DNA of 64,000 nucleotides from Eledone cirrhosa (taxonomy: Eukaryota): positions 29,078,001 through 29,142,000 of the forward strand of contig OZ024759.1 of NCBI GenBank assembly GCA_964016885.1, given 5' to 3'. Below are positions 41,857-53,338 of this stretch, piece by piece (the stretch's first letter is position 1; each line of letters starts with the position of its first letter). The notes beneath the pieces were generated by a model, which did not search any database, was not told the DNA's origin, and saw only the letters and a list, made by a program, of their open reading frames with translations. A program made the position numbers and the translations under genes.

Positions 41857-42810
41857 GTAAAGTTCAGCTTTATGTGTTTGTGTACCTTTTTGACATGTTA
41901 ACCAACCATCTTTATTAAACCCTCCCATTCCCTCTACCACCCTTATGTTAACCCACAATTGCCCCACCTTTGTTAACGCACCACATAATAACCCCATGTT
42001 CTTTCTGCCAGGAGTTTCTAATCAGTTGAGAGTATCAGTCAAAGGAAACATTGTTTCCTTGGTCCGATTTGTCGAGTTCCACTTCACTCAGTAAGCAAAT
42101 GAGGTTTAGGATCTTGTTGATCTGTTCTCTGCTTTTTAACCCACTACACTACCCCCACTACATTACTCCACCTTTATTTACCCACCATGTAGCCTTGAAA
42201 GCATACAACTTATTACCGTGTATTAAAGAGTGCATATATGTGTGTGTGTGTGTGTATCCAGGAAGCAACAAAATAAAAATTCCTTTTTTTTTTAAATATA
42301 TTTTTATCTCTTTCACCTGCACCTTAGTCTCCGCCCCTCTGCTGCTGTTGATGATGATGATAGTAATGATGATATCATCCTAGCATATACAGGAAGCAAA
42401 ATAAATAAATATATATATATTTATATTAATTTCTTTCTGTCTTTTATTTCATGTTTCTTACACCTCTACATGTTCTCCCTTCTCTTTTCTACTATTGCCC
42501 TTGGCAATGATGATAGTAACTAATTAGATAGAGAATGGCTCTTTCTCGCTGACACTCCAAGCTTGTCGCCAACCATTGTTGCCAGCTTACATGTTCGTTA
42601 CTTGAGACACCATTTGTGAACCGAGACATTTTATGTTTGGAAAATTTGTCCGTAATGAAATGAAAGTCGTTTCTGAACCGAGGTCCTCCACTGTATTAAT
42701 TTCTTTCTTTCTGTCTTTTATTTCATGTTTCTTTCACCTCTACATCCTCTCCTTCCTCCTCCTCTTCACCACTGCTCTTGATGATGATGATGATGATGAT
42801 GATGTTTCAG

Positions 42811-42935
42811 GTTGAATATATTACGCTATGCTCTAGTCATTGAGGACAGTAGAAAGACCGACAGTGGTAACTATGCCTGTTACGCCCACAACCAGCACGG
42901 AAAGATCTGGGGCAATTTCACCTTGATTGTCAGAG
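42811..42935 (+). CDS. FGFR: FGFR-family exon 3, IgI C-half (RLNILRYALVIEDSRKTDSGNYACYAHNQHGKIWGNFTLIVR)
   Basis: gtttcag acceptor, GAG|GTAAGT donor, DSGxYxC motif; phase 2 to phase 1, in frame with exon 2. Confidence 0.93.
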
Positions 42936-43258
42936 GTAAGTTGAGATACCACCTTAACAAACTCCACCACCCTGTTTCCCCCACCACTAGCACCCACCCT
43001 CTCCACGAGGGTGGTTGGAAGGGGGTGTTGAAAGTTTTCTGTGTCTGTTTCTTCAATTATATATTGTGATGTTCTCTAAACAACCATACTTCTCTCTCTC
43101 ACTATGTGTGTGTATATGTGAATGTATGTGTCTGTATACTATGTGTGTGTATATGTGAATGTATGTGTCTGTATACTATGTGTGTGTATATGTGAATGTA
43201 TGTGTCTGTATACATATGTATATATATTTGAGTCTGTATGTATGTACATGTGTATGTG

Positions 43259-43296
<38 letters not shown>

Positions 43297-43780
43297 AATG
43301 TGTATCTGTATATATTTTAAAGATGCCATGTTTTTATAGTTCAGTTCCCCATCATTACAGCTCATGTTTTTTACTATTGTAAATGTTGTTGCTGTTATTG
43401 TTGTAGTTGATTGTGTATTTATATATATAGCCTTCTGCTTTTCTTCCCCTCTGACTCTCTCTGTACATACACATATGTATATTTATACAATAATCTCTCC
43501 TACATGTTTATATACATATCTACACTGTGTATAATGAGTGTGTGTATCCGGTTTAGAATAGATACACCACATCCCTGCGCGTCATAAGAAGCAACAAAAG
43601 GGGTTGGGGAATTATTGACTCAAAAAATCCTGTTCAACCCATGCCAACATGAAAAAGGGACGTAATGATATTGATATGTATGTATCTATGTATATATGTG
43701 AAAATTAAATGATTAAACAACACAGGGAAATGATAAAGTACAATGAAGAAATATATTTGTTTAACACTTGATATAGGAAG

Positions 43781-43823
43781 AAAAGAGTCTTAATGTTTCA
43801 GACATCAGTCCTTCATCAGAGAA
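43781..43823 (-). ncRNA. Minimal hammerhead motif, family A, intact core
   Basis: Minus strand: tct-CTGATGA-aggactgatgtct-GAAA-ca-TTA-aga. Confidence 0.6.
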
Positions 43824-44338
43824 ATACAAGAAGGTATAGAAAGAGTGAAGAGCAGGAGAATTGGGAATAAAATGTTATTCCCTTCAGTGTATGTCAAAAG
43901 ATACGACAACTTCTCTGCACTAATAGAACGTATGACCATACGTAAGCAAGATGCAGACCCCTCGAGGCCTGTCTGGGATATAATAGTTCAAGATAAACAA
44001 GACAAACACAGATATAATAACACACAGAGATATAATAACAGAGTTGTGTTAGTTTCATGCTTGTAGAAAAAGTAATGTTTCAACGTATTGGAAGTTAGTC
44101 CTCCATCAGAGAAGAGCAGAGTCTTCGGAAGGAAATTATATATGAGATATGTGTTTGGTAAATATTATTGTTATTTATGCTTAATAGATTCTGAAGAAGT
44201 CAATATAGCAGAAATATATTTTCGTTGTTTCCATGTTTCAAGAGAGTTGTACATCCAATTATTCAAAAATGTTATGAGACAATTCACATAATCTGTGTCT
44301 ATACATAGGCATTGATATATATATATATATATATATAT

Positions 44339-44567
44339 ATTAAGAGAGTAAAACAAAGAAGCCTTCAATACATCAAAAGTCTTTATTAGCCGACAATGTT
44401 TCGTCCTATTAAGGACTCATCAGGGCAATTAAAACAACAAGAAGTAATATCGGCAGATACAAGCCTTCTTGTTTTAATTGCCCTGATGAGTCCTTAATAG
44501 GACGAAACATTGTTGGCTAATAAAGACTTTTGATGTATTGAAGGCTTCTTTGTTTTACTCTCTTAAT
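44339..44567. mobile_element. Inverted repeat with about 99-bp arms, each carrying a canonical hammerhead ribozyme (Penelope-like pLTR or retrozyme relic)
   Basis: Arms 44339-44437 and 44469-44567 differ at one base. + strand: gcc-CTGATGA(44483)-GTCCT taat AGGAC-GAAA-catt-GTT-ggc. The - strand copy has a GTC triplet at 44394-44392. Abuts (TA)n. Confidence 0.85.
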
Positions 44568-44664
44568 TTTTCGGCTCTGTTTAACTACATTGAGCTATAC
44601 CTTTTACTGTCATTTCTATAATACGAAGAGGGTGTTTAACTCCAACACGCTCCAGTATTTTAAC

Positions 44665-44699
<35 letters not shown>

Positions 44700-44857
44700 T
44701 GTGCGTGTGTACCTCCAAATCATTGGAGGAATAAGAAAAATTAAAAAGCAGGATGGAGCATCTTAGAAGACCATTAGTATGGTGCAAAATATAAAAATCT
44801 GAAAAGACGTGGCAATTATATGCTATCATATATAACTCTGTACTTTCTTTTGAACCT

Positions 44858-44892
<35 letters not shown>

Positions 44893-44973
44893 ATAATAAT
44901 AAATTTGAAGACTAAAATCCAAAGAGGGCTCGATAAGGATAAATATATATCAAATATATAAGAACCGTAGAGA

Positions 44974-45051
<78 letters not shown>

Positions 45052-45079
45052 AATGGCATGCTGCGTTGTTGCGAATGTG

Positions 45080-45203
45080 ATACATATGAATTAAAAAATA
45101 GAGCTAGAAGCCAGGACTATCCATCATCAGTGATCTTCTGGCCAGAAGATCACTGATGATGGATAGTCCTGGCTTCTAGCTCTATTTTTTAATTCATATG
45201 TAT
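45080..45203. repeat. Perfect 124-bp palindrome with no spacer
   Basis: Centre ttctgg|ccagaa at 45141/45142; base-by-base complementarity over 62 bp. Confidence 0.92.
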
Positions 45204-45250
45204 ATATATCATCATCATCATTTTACGTCCGCTTTTCCCTGCTTGAAAGG

Positions 45251-45424
45251 AATTGTTTCTATTTTTGGCACAAGGCCAGCAATTACCAAGTACATTACTG
45301 GTACTTTATTTTATCGACCATGTAAGGATGAAAGGCAAAGTTAACCTCGGTGAGATTTGAACTCAGATTGTAAAGGGACGTAACTATGCTGGAAAGCATG
45401 TCCGACCCTCTACCGATACTGCCA
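45251..45424 (-). mobile_element. SINE family A
   Basis: Matches the family A consensus. Confidence 0.8.
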
Positions 45425-45613
45425 TATATAATGTATGTGTATGTGTGTGTGTATATATTGACGGAAGGGTTTTTAGGTACATCCATACAAGAATAAATGA
45501 GACATTAACTGAATGTGCATTCAATACACATTAGCAAAGTATAGGTTTTATTTGAGATAGAATAATAGATAGATGGACTTATTTTAATTTTCCAAAATTT
45601 TTGTTGTTTTCAG

Positions 45614-45667
45614 ATAAAGAAAACATGACAACAAGTATGTCAGACGCAGAATATATAAAGAAGAGAG
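45614..45667 (+). CDS. FGFR: FGFR-family exon 4, 54-nt IgI-IgII linker (DKENMTTSMSDAEYIKKR)
   Basis: ttttgttgttttcag acceptor, GAG|GTAACC donor, open frame, symmetric phase 1-1, at the position of the vertebrate acid-box exon. Confidence 0.7.
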
Positions 45668-46355
45668 GTAACCTTTCAATTTTAATTGTTGTTCTTGTTG
45701 TTACTGATGTTTTTACTGTTGTTGTTGTTGTTGTTGCTCTTGTTAATTATTGTTGTTGTCTTTACACTGCTTGAGCTCGTAAAATCTAGTGTATATATGT
45801 GTGTAAATATATGTGTGTATGTATATATATGTATATAAGATGGCAAAATTCCTTGATTCAGCATCTTGGTAATGGTCTGAAACGAAGGAGAGAAGTGGTG
45901 GAGGGGAAAGAGATGTCTGTAATGTATATGTAGTGTGTGTTGTTGTATATATAGTGTGTGTGTGTGTGTAGGCAATGAGATAATTGTAGCTTCAGCTGTT
46001 AAGGAATTCTTTCCTGTTTTCCTTTTGTTAAATTCTCTCTCTCTCTTTCTTTCTTTCATTCTATCCTATCTCTCTTCTCTCTACCCTATCCCTCTCTCTC
46101 TCTATCTATATCCCCCTTTCTCTCTCTATCCTATCTCTTTCCCTGCCCACCTTATCTTCTCTCTGTCTCTCCCTCATCTTCACTATTTTATAGCTATAAC
46201 TTATGTCAATAGAATTAAAGATATACTTTACCAACATCTGTTGGTTGTTGTTATTGTTATATTGATACACATATACATATATATACACACACATACATTT
46301 ATATTTATGTATATATATACGCATATATATATACATACACACACATACATTTATA

Positions 46356-46407
<52 letters not shown>

Positions 46408-46424
46408 TATATACAGACATTAAG

Positions 46425-47830
46425 GAAGAGTTTTAAGATAAACTGTTTTTAGCAACAGTTGGATCTGTTGTGATATATGGCTGCAAGGTATGGGTACACT
46501 GAAGCTGGAATAACAGTTTGGGGGTGCAGTGTACTGATTCCTATGTATTACAGATGGATGAACCACACCACATCACACCACTAATACTGAACTTTATGAC
46601 GATCTGTCAAAGTTAACCAGAAAGACAGCTCAGTGAAGATTACAACTGGCAAGTCACTCAATATGTAAAGACATCCCAAGGATTACCTAAGAGAGATTGC
46701 TACTGACAGGTTCCTATAGTCTCAGATCTGGTGCTATGGTAGCCAATGTATGGACAGATTAACTGGGGCAGATTGCTACTGACAGGTTCCTGTGTGCAAG
46801 ACATCCTGAAGAAATAGTCTCAGATCTGGTGCTATGGTAGCCAATGTATGGACAGATTAACTGGGAGAGATTGCTACTGACAGGTTCCTGTGTGCAAGAC
46901 ATCCTGAAGAAATAGTCTCAGATCTGGTGCTATGGTAACCAATGTATGGACAGATTAACTGGGGCAGATTGCTACTGACAGGTTCCTGTGTAAGACATCC
47001 TGAAGAAATAGTCTCAGATCTGGTGCTATGGTAGCCAATGTATGGACAGATTAACTGGGAGAGATTGCTACTGACAGGTTCCTGTGTAAGACATCCTGAA
47101 GAAATAGTCTCAGATCTGGTGCTATGGTAACCAATGTATGGACAGATTAACTGGGAGAGATTGCTACTGACAGGTTCCTGTGTAAGACATCCTGAAGAAA
47201 TAGTCTCAGATCTGGTGCTATGGTAGCCAATGTATGGACAGATTAACTGGGAGAGATTGCTACTGACAGGTTCCTGTGTAAGACATCCTGAAGAAATAGT
47301 CTCAGATCTGGTGCTATGGTAGCCAATGTATGGACAGATTAACTGGGAGAGATTGCTACTGACAGGTTCCTGTGTAAGACATCCTGAAGAAATAGTTTCA
47401 GATCTGGTGCTATGGTAGCCAATGTATGGACAGATTAACTGGGAGAGATTGCTACTGACAGGTTCCTGTGTAAGACATCCTGAAGAAATAGTTTCAGATC
47501 TGGTGCTATGGTAGCCAATGTATGGACAGATTAACTGGGAGAGATTGCTACTGACAGGTTCCTGTGTAAGACATCCTGAAGAAATAGTCTCAGATCTGGT
47601 GCTATGGTAGCCAATGTATGGACAGATTAACTGGGGCAGATTGCTACTGACAGGTTCCTGTGTGCAAGACATCCTGAAGAAATAGCCTGAAAGCTGGTGG
47701 TGCTATGGCAGCCAAAACTTAGACTTCAAAACAACGACCAGATTGAAGATGTATTGGAAATAAGAAGAGGGACAGTGAAGTGAGACATCTGGCATAAATA
47801 TGTTTCCTTGGTTTCATGAGAAGATCAGCT
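46425..47830 (+). mobile_element. Decayed LINE RT C-terminal fragment with an internal 96-bp tandem array (46692-47686, about 10 units)
   Basis: The unit reads RLLLTGSCVRHPEEIVSDLVLW*PMYGQ on +, resembling the RT C-terminal RRL.LAGHC.RHPEE....LVLW.P motif; identical phase at 47041 and 47521 (5 x 96). Confidence 0.75.
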
Positions 47831-48062
47831 GACATGAAATGAGATACACACACACATCATTTCTGCTATCCTTAGCAGTGAATCATGAACGGAATTACAC
47901 CCTCACACCCCTTTATATATCATCATCATCATCATCGTTTAACTACTATTATGCTTTTTGAAGCAATGTTTTACAGCTAGATGCCTTTTCTGACTCCAAC
48001 TCTTTTAATCACATTTAGCAACATACATGGATATATAGTACGGCTATTCCAAAAACCCAGTG

Positions 48063-48095
<33 letters not shown>

Positions 48096-48275
48096 GGTAC
48101 TTGTATGTATATATATATATATATATAGGTGTGTGTGAGTACATAGGCATACATGCATGTGTACGTATGTGTATCCCATCCCAAAGTGATTGATATCACA
48201 ACCATTTCAAGCAAGAGGTGTACATAAGTAGGTACATGTGGTGTGTGTGTGTGTGTATGTATATATGTACATGTT

Positions 48276-48314
<39 letters not shown>

Positions 48315-48530
48315 ATATATGTAGGTACATGTTTGTGTAAGTGTGTCAGTGTATTTGTGTGTACGCATAGGTATGTTTCAGTATGAGTGTGTGGAATGAC
48401 CCTCTTTTTCTTCCAAAAGATTCAGCCCAGATGTTCTTAACATCCGACTTCCTGTTTACCCCCAGACACATCTAGATTTCTTTCTCTCTCTCTCCCTCTT
48501 CTCAGTATCTTAATATGGCCACCACAACTC

Positions 48531-48578
<48 letters not shown>

Positions 48579-48676
48579 GTGTATGTCTTGCTTGCTTTCT
48601 TGCTTACTTCTACACACTTCCTGTATAAACATTTCACCCCCACCCCTCTACTTCCTTATATATATATATATGTGTG

Positions 48677-48708
<32 letters not shown>

Positions 48709-48873
48709 TACTCTCTCTCAGCCATCTCAAGCAAACCATTCAGTATAAATATTTTCTGAATGGCCGGTAATAGTGTGTCCTGCTTCCCTTCAGCTCATAA
48801 TGGTGCTTCCAAATACATCCTTTATATATATGTGTATGTATGTATGTGTGTATGTGTGTGTGTGTTATTATAT

Positions 48874-49361
48874 ATACTAGCAGAAAAACCATCGTACGTG
48901 TGGTTTTCTGCTAGCATGTGTAGTGAGTATATTGATATTATACCCAAATATATATGCATGTAGATATGATACATCAAATAAAATCGTAATTGTCAATCAC
49001 ACAGAAATTGAACAAAGCCTATGTTACACTGTCTTCTGTAATCAGTAATGCATGATATATTTAAAAAAAGACGGCATTATATATAAACTGCATTAGGAGA
49101 AAATTAGCGACAGAAATATATGCGATTATAAGTGTTGTAATATAACAGTCGCTAACCGGAAGTGTTGACATTTGATGATTTTAAAGAAGTGAATTTTAAA
49201 GATTAAGCTATAAAATATATTTAATCAACAGCCACAAAATTTAGCACATAATTTATGTAATATTCCTTCATTATTTATTCAAAGTAACTTATTTTACAAA
49301 CGGGGTAAAAAAATATATTCTGGATGCAATCCCGCAGACCTTCCTTTATTATAGTTAAGAT
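48874..49361. mobile_element. Possible Helentron/HINE-like non-autonomous element
   Basis: Starts atactagcagaaaaacc...ggttttctgctag (subterminal hairpin) and ends ctttattatagttaagat. Confidence 0.4.
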
Positions 49362-49721
49362 TATTTTGTAGGCAGTGGATAAATACCAGAGTTGATACAA
49401 CCAACTTTCCCCTACTCCAAATTGCTGGCCTTGTGCCATTAGAAATTATTATTATTATTGTTGTTTGGCCCTCATCAGCTTAAGGAGGACAACTGGGAGC
49501 AGGCACTTGCCCCAACAGTCAGAATGACTGTGACTTTTTATGGGCTTTTTTCCACAAGTGAAGCTTGGAGATCTTCCCTTTCCACCTATTGGGACTTTCA
49601 TTTTGTCTAATTTTTTAATAACATTTTTACACCCCAAAACCTCACATTGTATCGTCTTGGTTTTTCTTAATGTGATCCCTGTTTGGCTAATAAAGAAACC
49701 CTTATTATTATTTCTATGTAG

Positions 49722-49879
49722 GTCCACCTCGATGGGCATCCAAAAAAATACCTACGAGACTTGTGGCACGGCCTCCAAGTTCCTGGGTCCAGTTGAAATG
49801 CCCTGCCATCGGTAACCCTAAACCCAACATAACCTGGTATAAATCAGGGAAACTCTTCAAAGAGGGCCAAATGAAACAG
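49722..49879 (+). CDS. FGFR: FGFR-family exon 5, IgII N-half (GPPRWASKKIPTRLVARPPSSWVQLKCPAIGNPKPNITWYKSGKLFKEGQMKQ)
   Basis: tttctatgtag acceptor, CAG|GTAAGA donor; matches the FGFR D2 pattern P.W......L.A.P....V...CPA.GNP.P...W.K.GK.F; phase 1 to 0. Confidence 0.94.
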
Positions 49880-50079
49880 GTAAGATTCAAACTGAATTAA
49901 TTATTGATTATACAAGGTGGGTAGAAAGAAATTCCCTATTTAAAATTGTTAATAACTTTAAACCATATGGAGATTTTGTTGACAGGATCTAGCTAGAAAT
50001 CCTCCCCATTGCCTCTGCCTTTTAGACTTATATTTAAACACTTTCTTGACTTTGGAAATATAACATTGGTAGCAGTGAG

Positions 50080-50600
50080 AGGTCAATAGTATAAACCACG
50101 ACTCATTCAGAGTGACTTGTGTGTTAAAATACAAACAGTATGGAGGACGTTTTTGTTCCACCTCAACCAGATCCATCAGGAACTCCTTTGTGCTGCCTTT
50201 GATATTGCCTTTAGGGCTTTTGGTCCTCGTCTTCCCAGAGACTGAAAGCTGTTTCATGAGATTGTAGGCAGATTTGCCCACAAAGCCTCTAGTTCCACTC
50301 TCTATGGTAAGAACTTTGACTCGGAAGTCGGCTTCCCTCAGGCTGTTGGCCAAACTGGCGTATTTTTCAGTCTTTAACATGTATGCCTTTTCTAATCTAC
50401 TTTCAAATGGCACGGTTAGTTAATCAAAATCAGCTGTTTGGATTAACTGGAATGGTGTTCGATATCCGACCTCAAACCACTCTTTCTGATGATTTTTCGT
50501 TGTTTTGCTGACCCTGGGATGTCTGCTGTACACACCTAGTCGTCCGCACCAATCACCAATCACCAATCAAAAGACTCGATTCCCATGCCCCGTGTGGCAT
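50080..50600 (-). mobile_element. RLE-type (R2 group, HERO-like) non-LTR retrotransposon 3' fragment in FGFR intron 5
   Basis: Minus strand GLRSDI...LTVPFESRLEKAYMLKTEKYASL...VKVLTIESGTRGFVGKS, matching the restriction-like endonuclease pattern RPD..ELTVP.E...A...K..KY..L...EVG.RGF. Confidence 0.78.
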
Positions 50601-51092
50601 AGCTATTCCTGGCTATGATTTGCTGCCTCCTGGAAGATAGACTGTTGTTGGAGATTCTCATACTGTGGGGAGGGGGTGTCCATACTTATCACATGTACGA
50701 TTTCCTTAAGCACTGTATGTATGTATATATTTATATACATTTTCTTTATACACACACTATATGTACAGGGTGTCTCCAAAAGATATATACACACTTTGTT
50801 TAGAATACTGTTGAAGTGTTTATACATTTTTGGGGATACCCAGTATATGTATATACTGTTTTTTCTTCACCTTCTTCCTTTGTCTTGTGTCTGTTGTTAT
50901 GTTGCAGAGTTTAAAACCTAGATCTTAAAAAACATTCATCGCAAGACTTTATATATATATAAATGTGTGTATATGTGTTTATATATATATATATATATAT
51001 GATGATGATGATGATGATGTGTGTGTGTTTATTATACATACACACATTTTCTATGGCTTTATATATACCTCTATTGTGTTTGTTTTGTTCAG

Positions 51093-51210
51093 GCAAGAAA
51101 ATGGACGTTAACAATCAAGGACGTTGTTGCAGAAGATGCTGGGAATTATACGTGTATAGTGAGCAATGTAGAAGGTTCAATAAACTGGACCTATGAACTC
51201 AAGATTGTCC
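51093..51210 (+). CDS. FGFR: FGFR-family exon 6, IgII C-half (ARKWTLTIKDVVAEDAGNYTCIVSNVEGSINWTYELKIV)
   Basis: ttttgttcag acceptor, GTTAGT donor at 51211; resembles FGFR [36 protein letters not shown]; phase 0 to 1. Confidence 0.95.
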
Positions 51211-51584
51211 GTTAGTATCTTATTTATATATATGTGTGTGTATATATATTTACGTTTATGTATTTGTCTTGCAAGATTCTTGATGTGAAATCTTGTGTTG
51301 AACTTAGTATTATTATATTTTGGGATGGTCATGTTACCAGTATTGCCAATGTAAAGAAACACACGCATCATAGGATTTCATTTTATTACTAGTTATTTGT
51401 TAGTTTGTCAAGTTCTTTCATCACACTATTCTGTAACCTCCCCAATGATTATCTGTTCTCTTTTGTGCCCCTTTCCTCTGGTCTTCATCTATCTTTTCTT
51501 CTGTGGTGCATTTGTCCTGATTCGTGTCTGCACTTTTCTCTCTGTGTGTGTGTGTATTTTTGTGTTTGTCTTGTCTATGTGTAT

Positions 51585-51615
<31 letters not shown>

Positions 51616-52365
51616 CTGGGGGAGGGAGGCTGTATCTTTCCCTATTCGTGAGTGAGTGTTTGTTTTCTTTTGTTTTTTTATTTATTCTGTCTTCAGATAG
51701 GGTATGGGCTGCTACTTATCCTGCTGAGTTTTATGATGATGGTAAGTTTATCTTTTATCCTGTGTGTGGCCTCTGTAATTTGTCTGAGTGTTGCGTCAGT
51801 TCTATGTGTGGATAAAATCATTATTTCTATATTATGTATTGAGCCCCCGTGTTACAGTTTGGCATGTTGGTATAACACTGATGGGCTTCTCTCCTCCTTA
51901 AGTTTCTCGCCTGTGTTTCTTTATTCTCTCTCTCCTATGTATGTCATTGTCTTGTTTCTGCACCATCCCTCTGTACATCCTATAGACTACATTTCTAGTT
52001 TTGCAGTTTAGCTGTGGGCTTACCTTACAGACTATACTGTTTCTATCCATATGAGGGGTTTTCCTTAAGGGGTATGTCCTACTGATCTAGGCTGATACAG
52101 TTTGGCACCAATGACGTCGCAACTCATTTCTACAGCTGTGTAAACCAGAGCAACGTGAAATAAAGTGTCTTGCTCAAGGTGACAACGCATCGCCAGTCTG
52201 GGAATCAAACTCACAATTACAAGCCCACACTTTAACCACTAAGCCATGTTCCATCACCTACTATTTTCTTGTGTAGTAAATTAGTCTGTTGATCAAGAAT
52301 GGGGTTTGTTTTATGTTTAATTACTTTTAATTATATAATTTTCTCTATTTCTTTTGCTATTATAG

Positions 52366-52553
52366 AGCGGGTGCCGCACGCGCCATTTATTGCAGGGCCA
52401 GAGAACACGACTGTAACGTATGGTGAAACAGCCAAATTTGGGTGTAAAGTGATGATAAGTGATCTGCATCCTCACCTTCAGTGGCTCCGGCACTATGAAG
52501 TAAATGGGACCTACCAAACAGAAAATGGAGACCCCTACGTCCGTGTCATTAAG
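52366..52553 (+). CDS. FGFR: FGFR-family exon 7, IgII-III linker plus IgIIIa (QRVPHAPFIAGPENTTVTYGETAKFGCKVMISDLHPHLQWLRHYEVNGTYQTENGDPYVRVIK)
   Basis: cttttgctattatag acceptor, AAG|GTACGC donor. Close match to the FGFR IIIa exon ERSPHRP...[21 protein letters not shown]...PYVQILK, with the same phase-0 boundary. No kinase exons are in the window, so FGFR versus an FGFRL1-like gene is not formally settled. Confidence 0.95.
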
Positions 52554-53115
52554 GTACGCTCTTCTTGTCCGCCACACACCATTTTTCAAATAACCCTTTT
52601 TTTCTTTCTTTTCCATCCCTTCTTAAAACCTAACCTATTTTTCTCTCTTTTTCCATCCTGGTAAGTTCCTTCTTTTGCTCATGAAGGCACAGAGGCCTAC
52701 CTAGTGGTTAAGGTGTTGGACTCACGATCATCGGATCATGGGTTCAATTCCTGGACCAGGCAACATTGTTATGTTCTTGAGCAAAACCCTTTCTTTCACA
52801 TTTCTTTTCATGATAGGATAGGGGCTCCTATCAATAAATCACCTGAGAAACCTCCTATGAGATAAAACCTGGCATAGGTATCAGCTGAGAATTAATTTTT
52901 CTTTTTTTTTTTTTTTTTTTCTTTTTTTCACTTGAACTAGCATCTAACCGATACAAAAATCAAGTATAAAATATATCAATATTTTTCTTCTCTCATCTAT
53001 CTCTCTTTCTCTATCTCCGTCCATCTCACCATTACTGGTAAGTTACTCTCTTTCACTGGACCCAGCACCGACCAATTTTAAACATCCGATGCCAGCGAAA
53101 GTGAAAGTGGAAAAA

Positions 53116-53338
53116 TACTGTATACCCTTGAATATAAGCCGAGGAGTATGTGACCAAAAGAATTATGGTAAAATGGGGAGGTTGACTTATGTACGCCATC
53201 TAAACAATGTGCTAACTAGCTGCCTCGGTTTACAAACAGGGTTTGGGTTTTCATCTATTTCTCAGACGTAAAATAGGTTGGGGTGGAGAGGGGGTGCTTA
53301 TATTCAGATCGGCTTATATTCGAGTATATATATGGTAT
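53116..53338. mobile_element. pogo/Tigger-type MITE
   Basis: tactgtatacccttgaatataagccga...tcggcttatattcgagtatatatggta terminal inverted repeats; related element at 24152-24319. Confidence 0.65.

Noticed and set aside
46857-47672. 271-aa repeat protein on the minus strand
   Set aside because: Antisense reading of a 96-bp tandem derived from a LINE.
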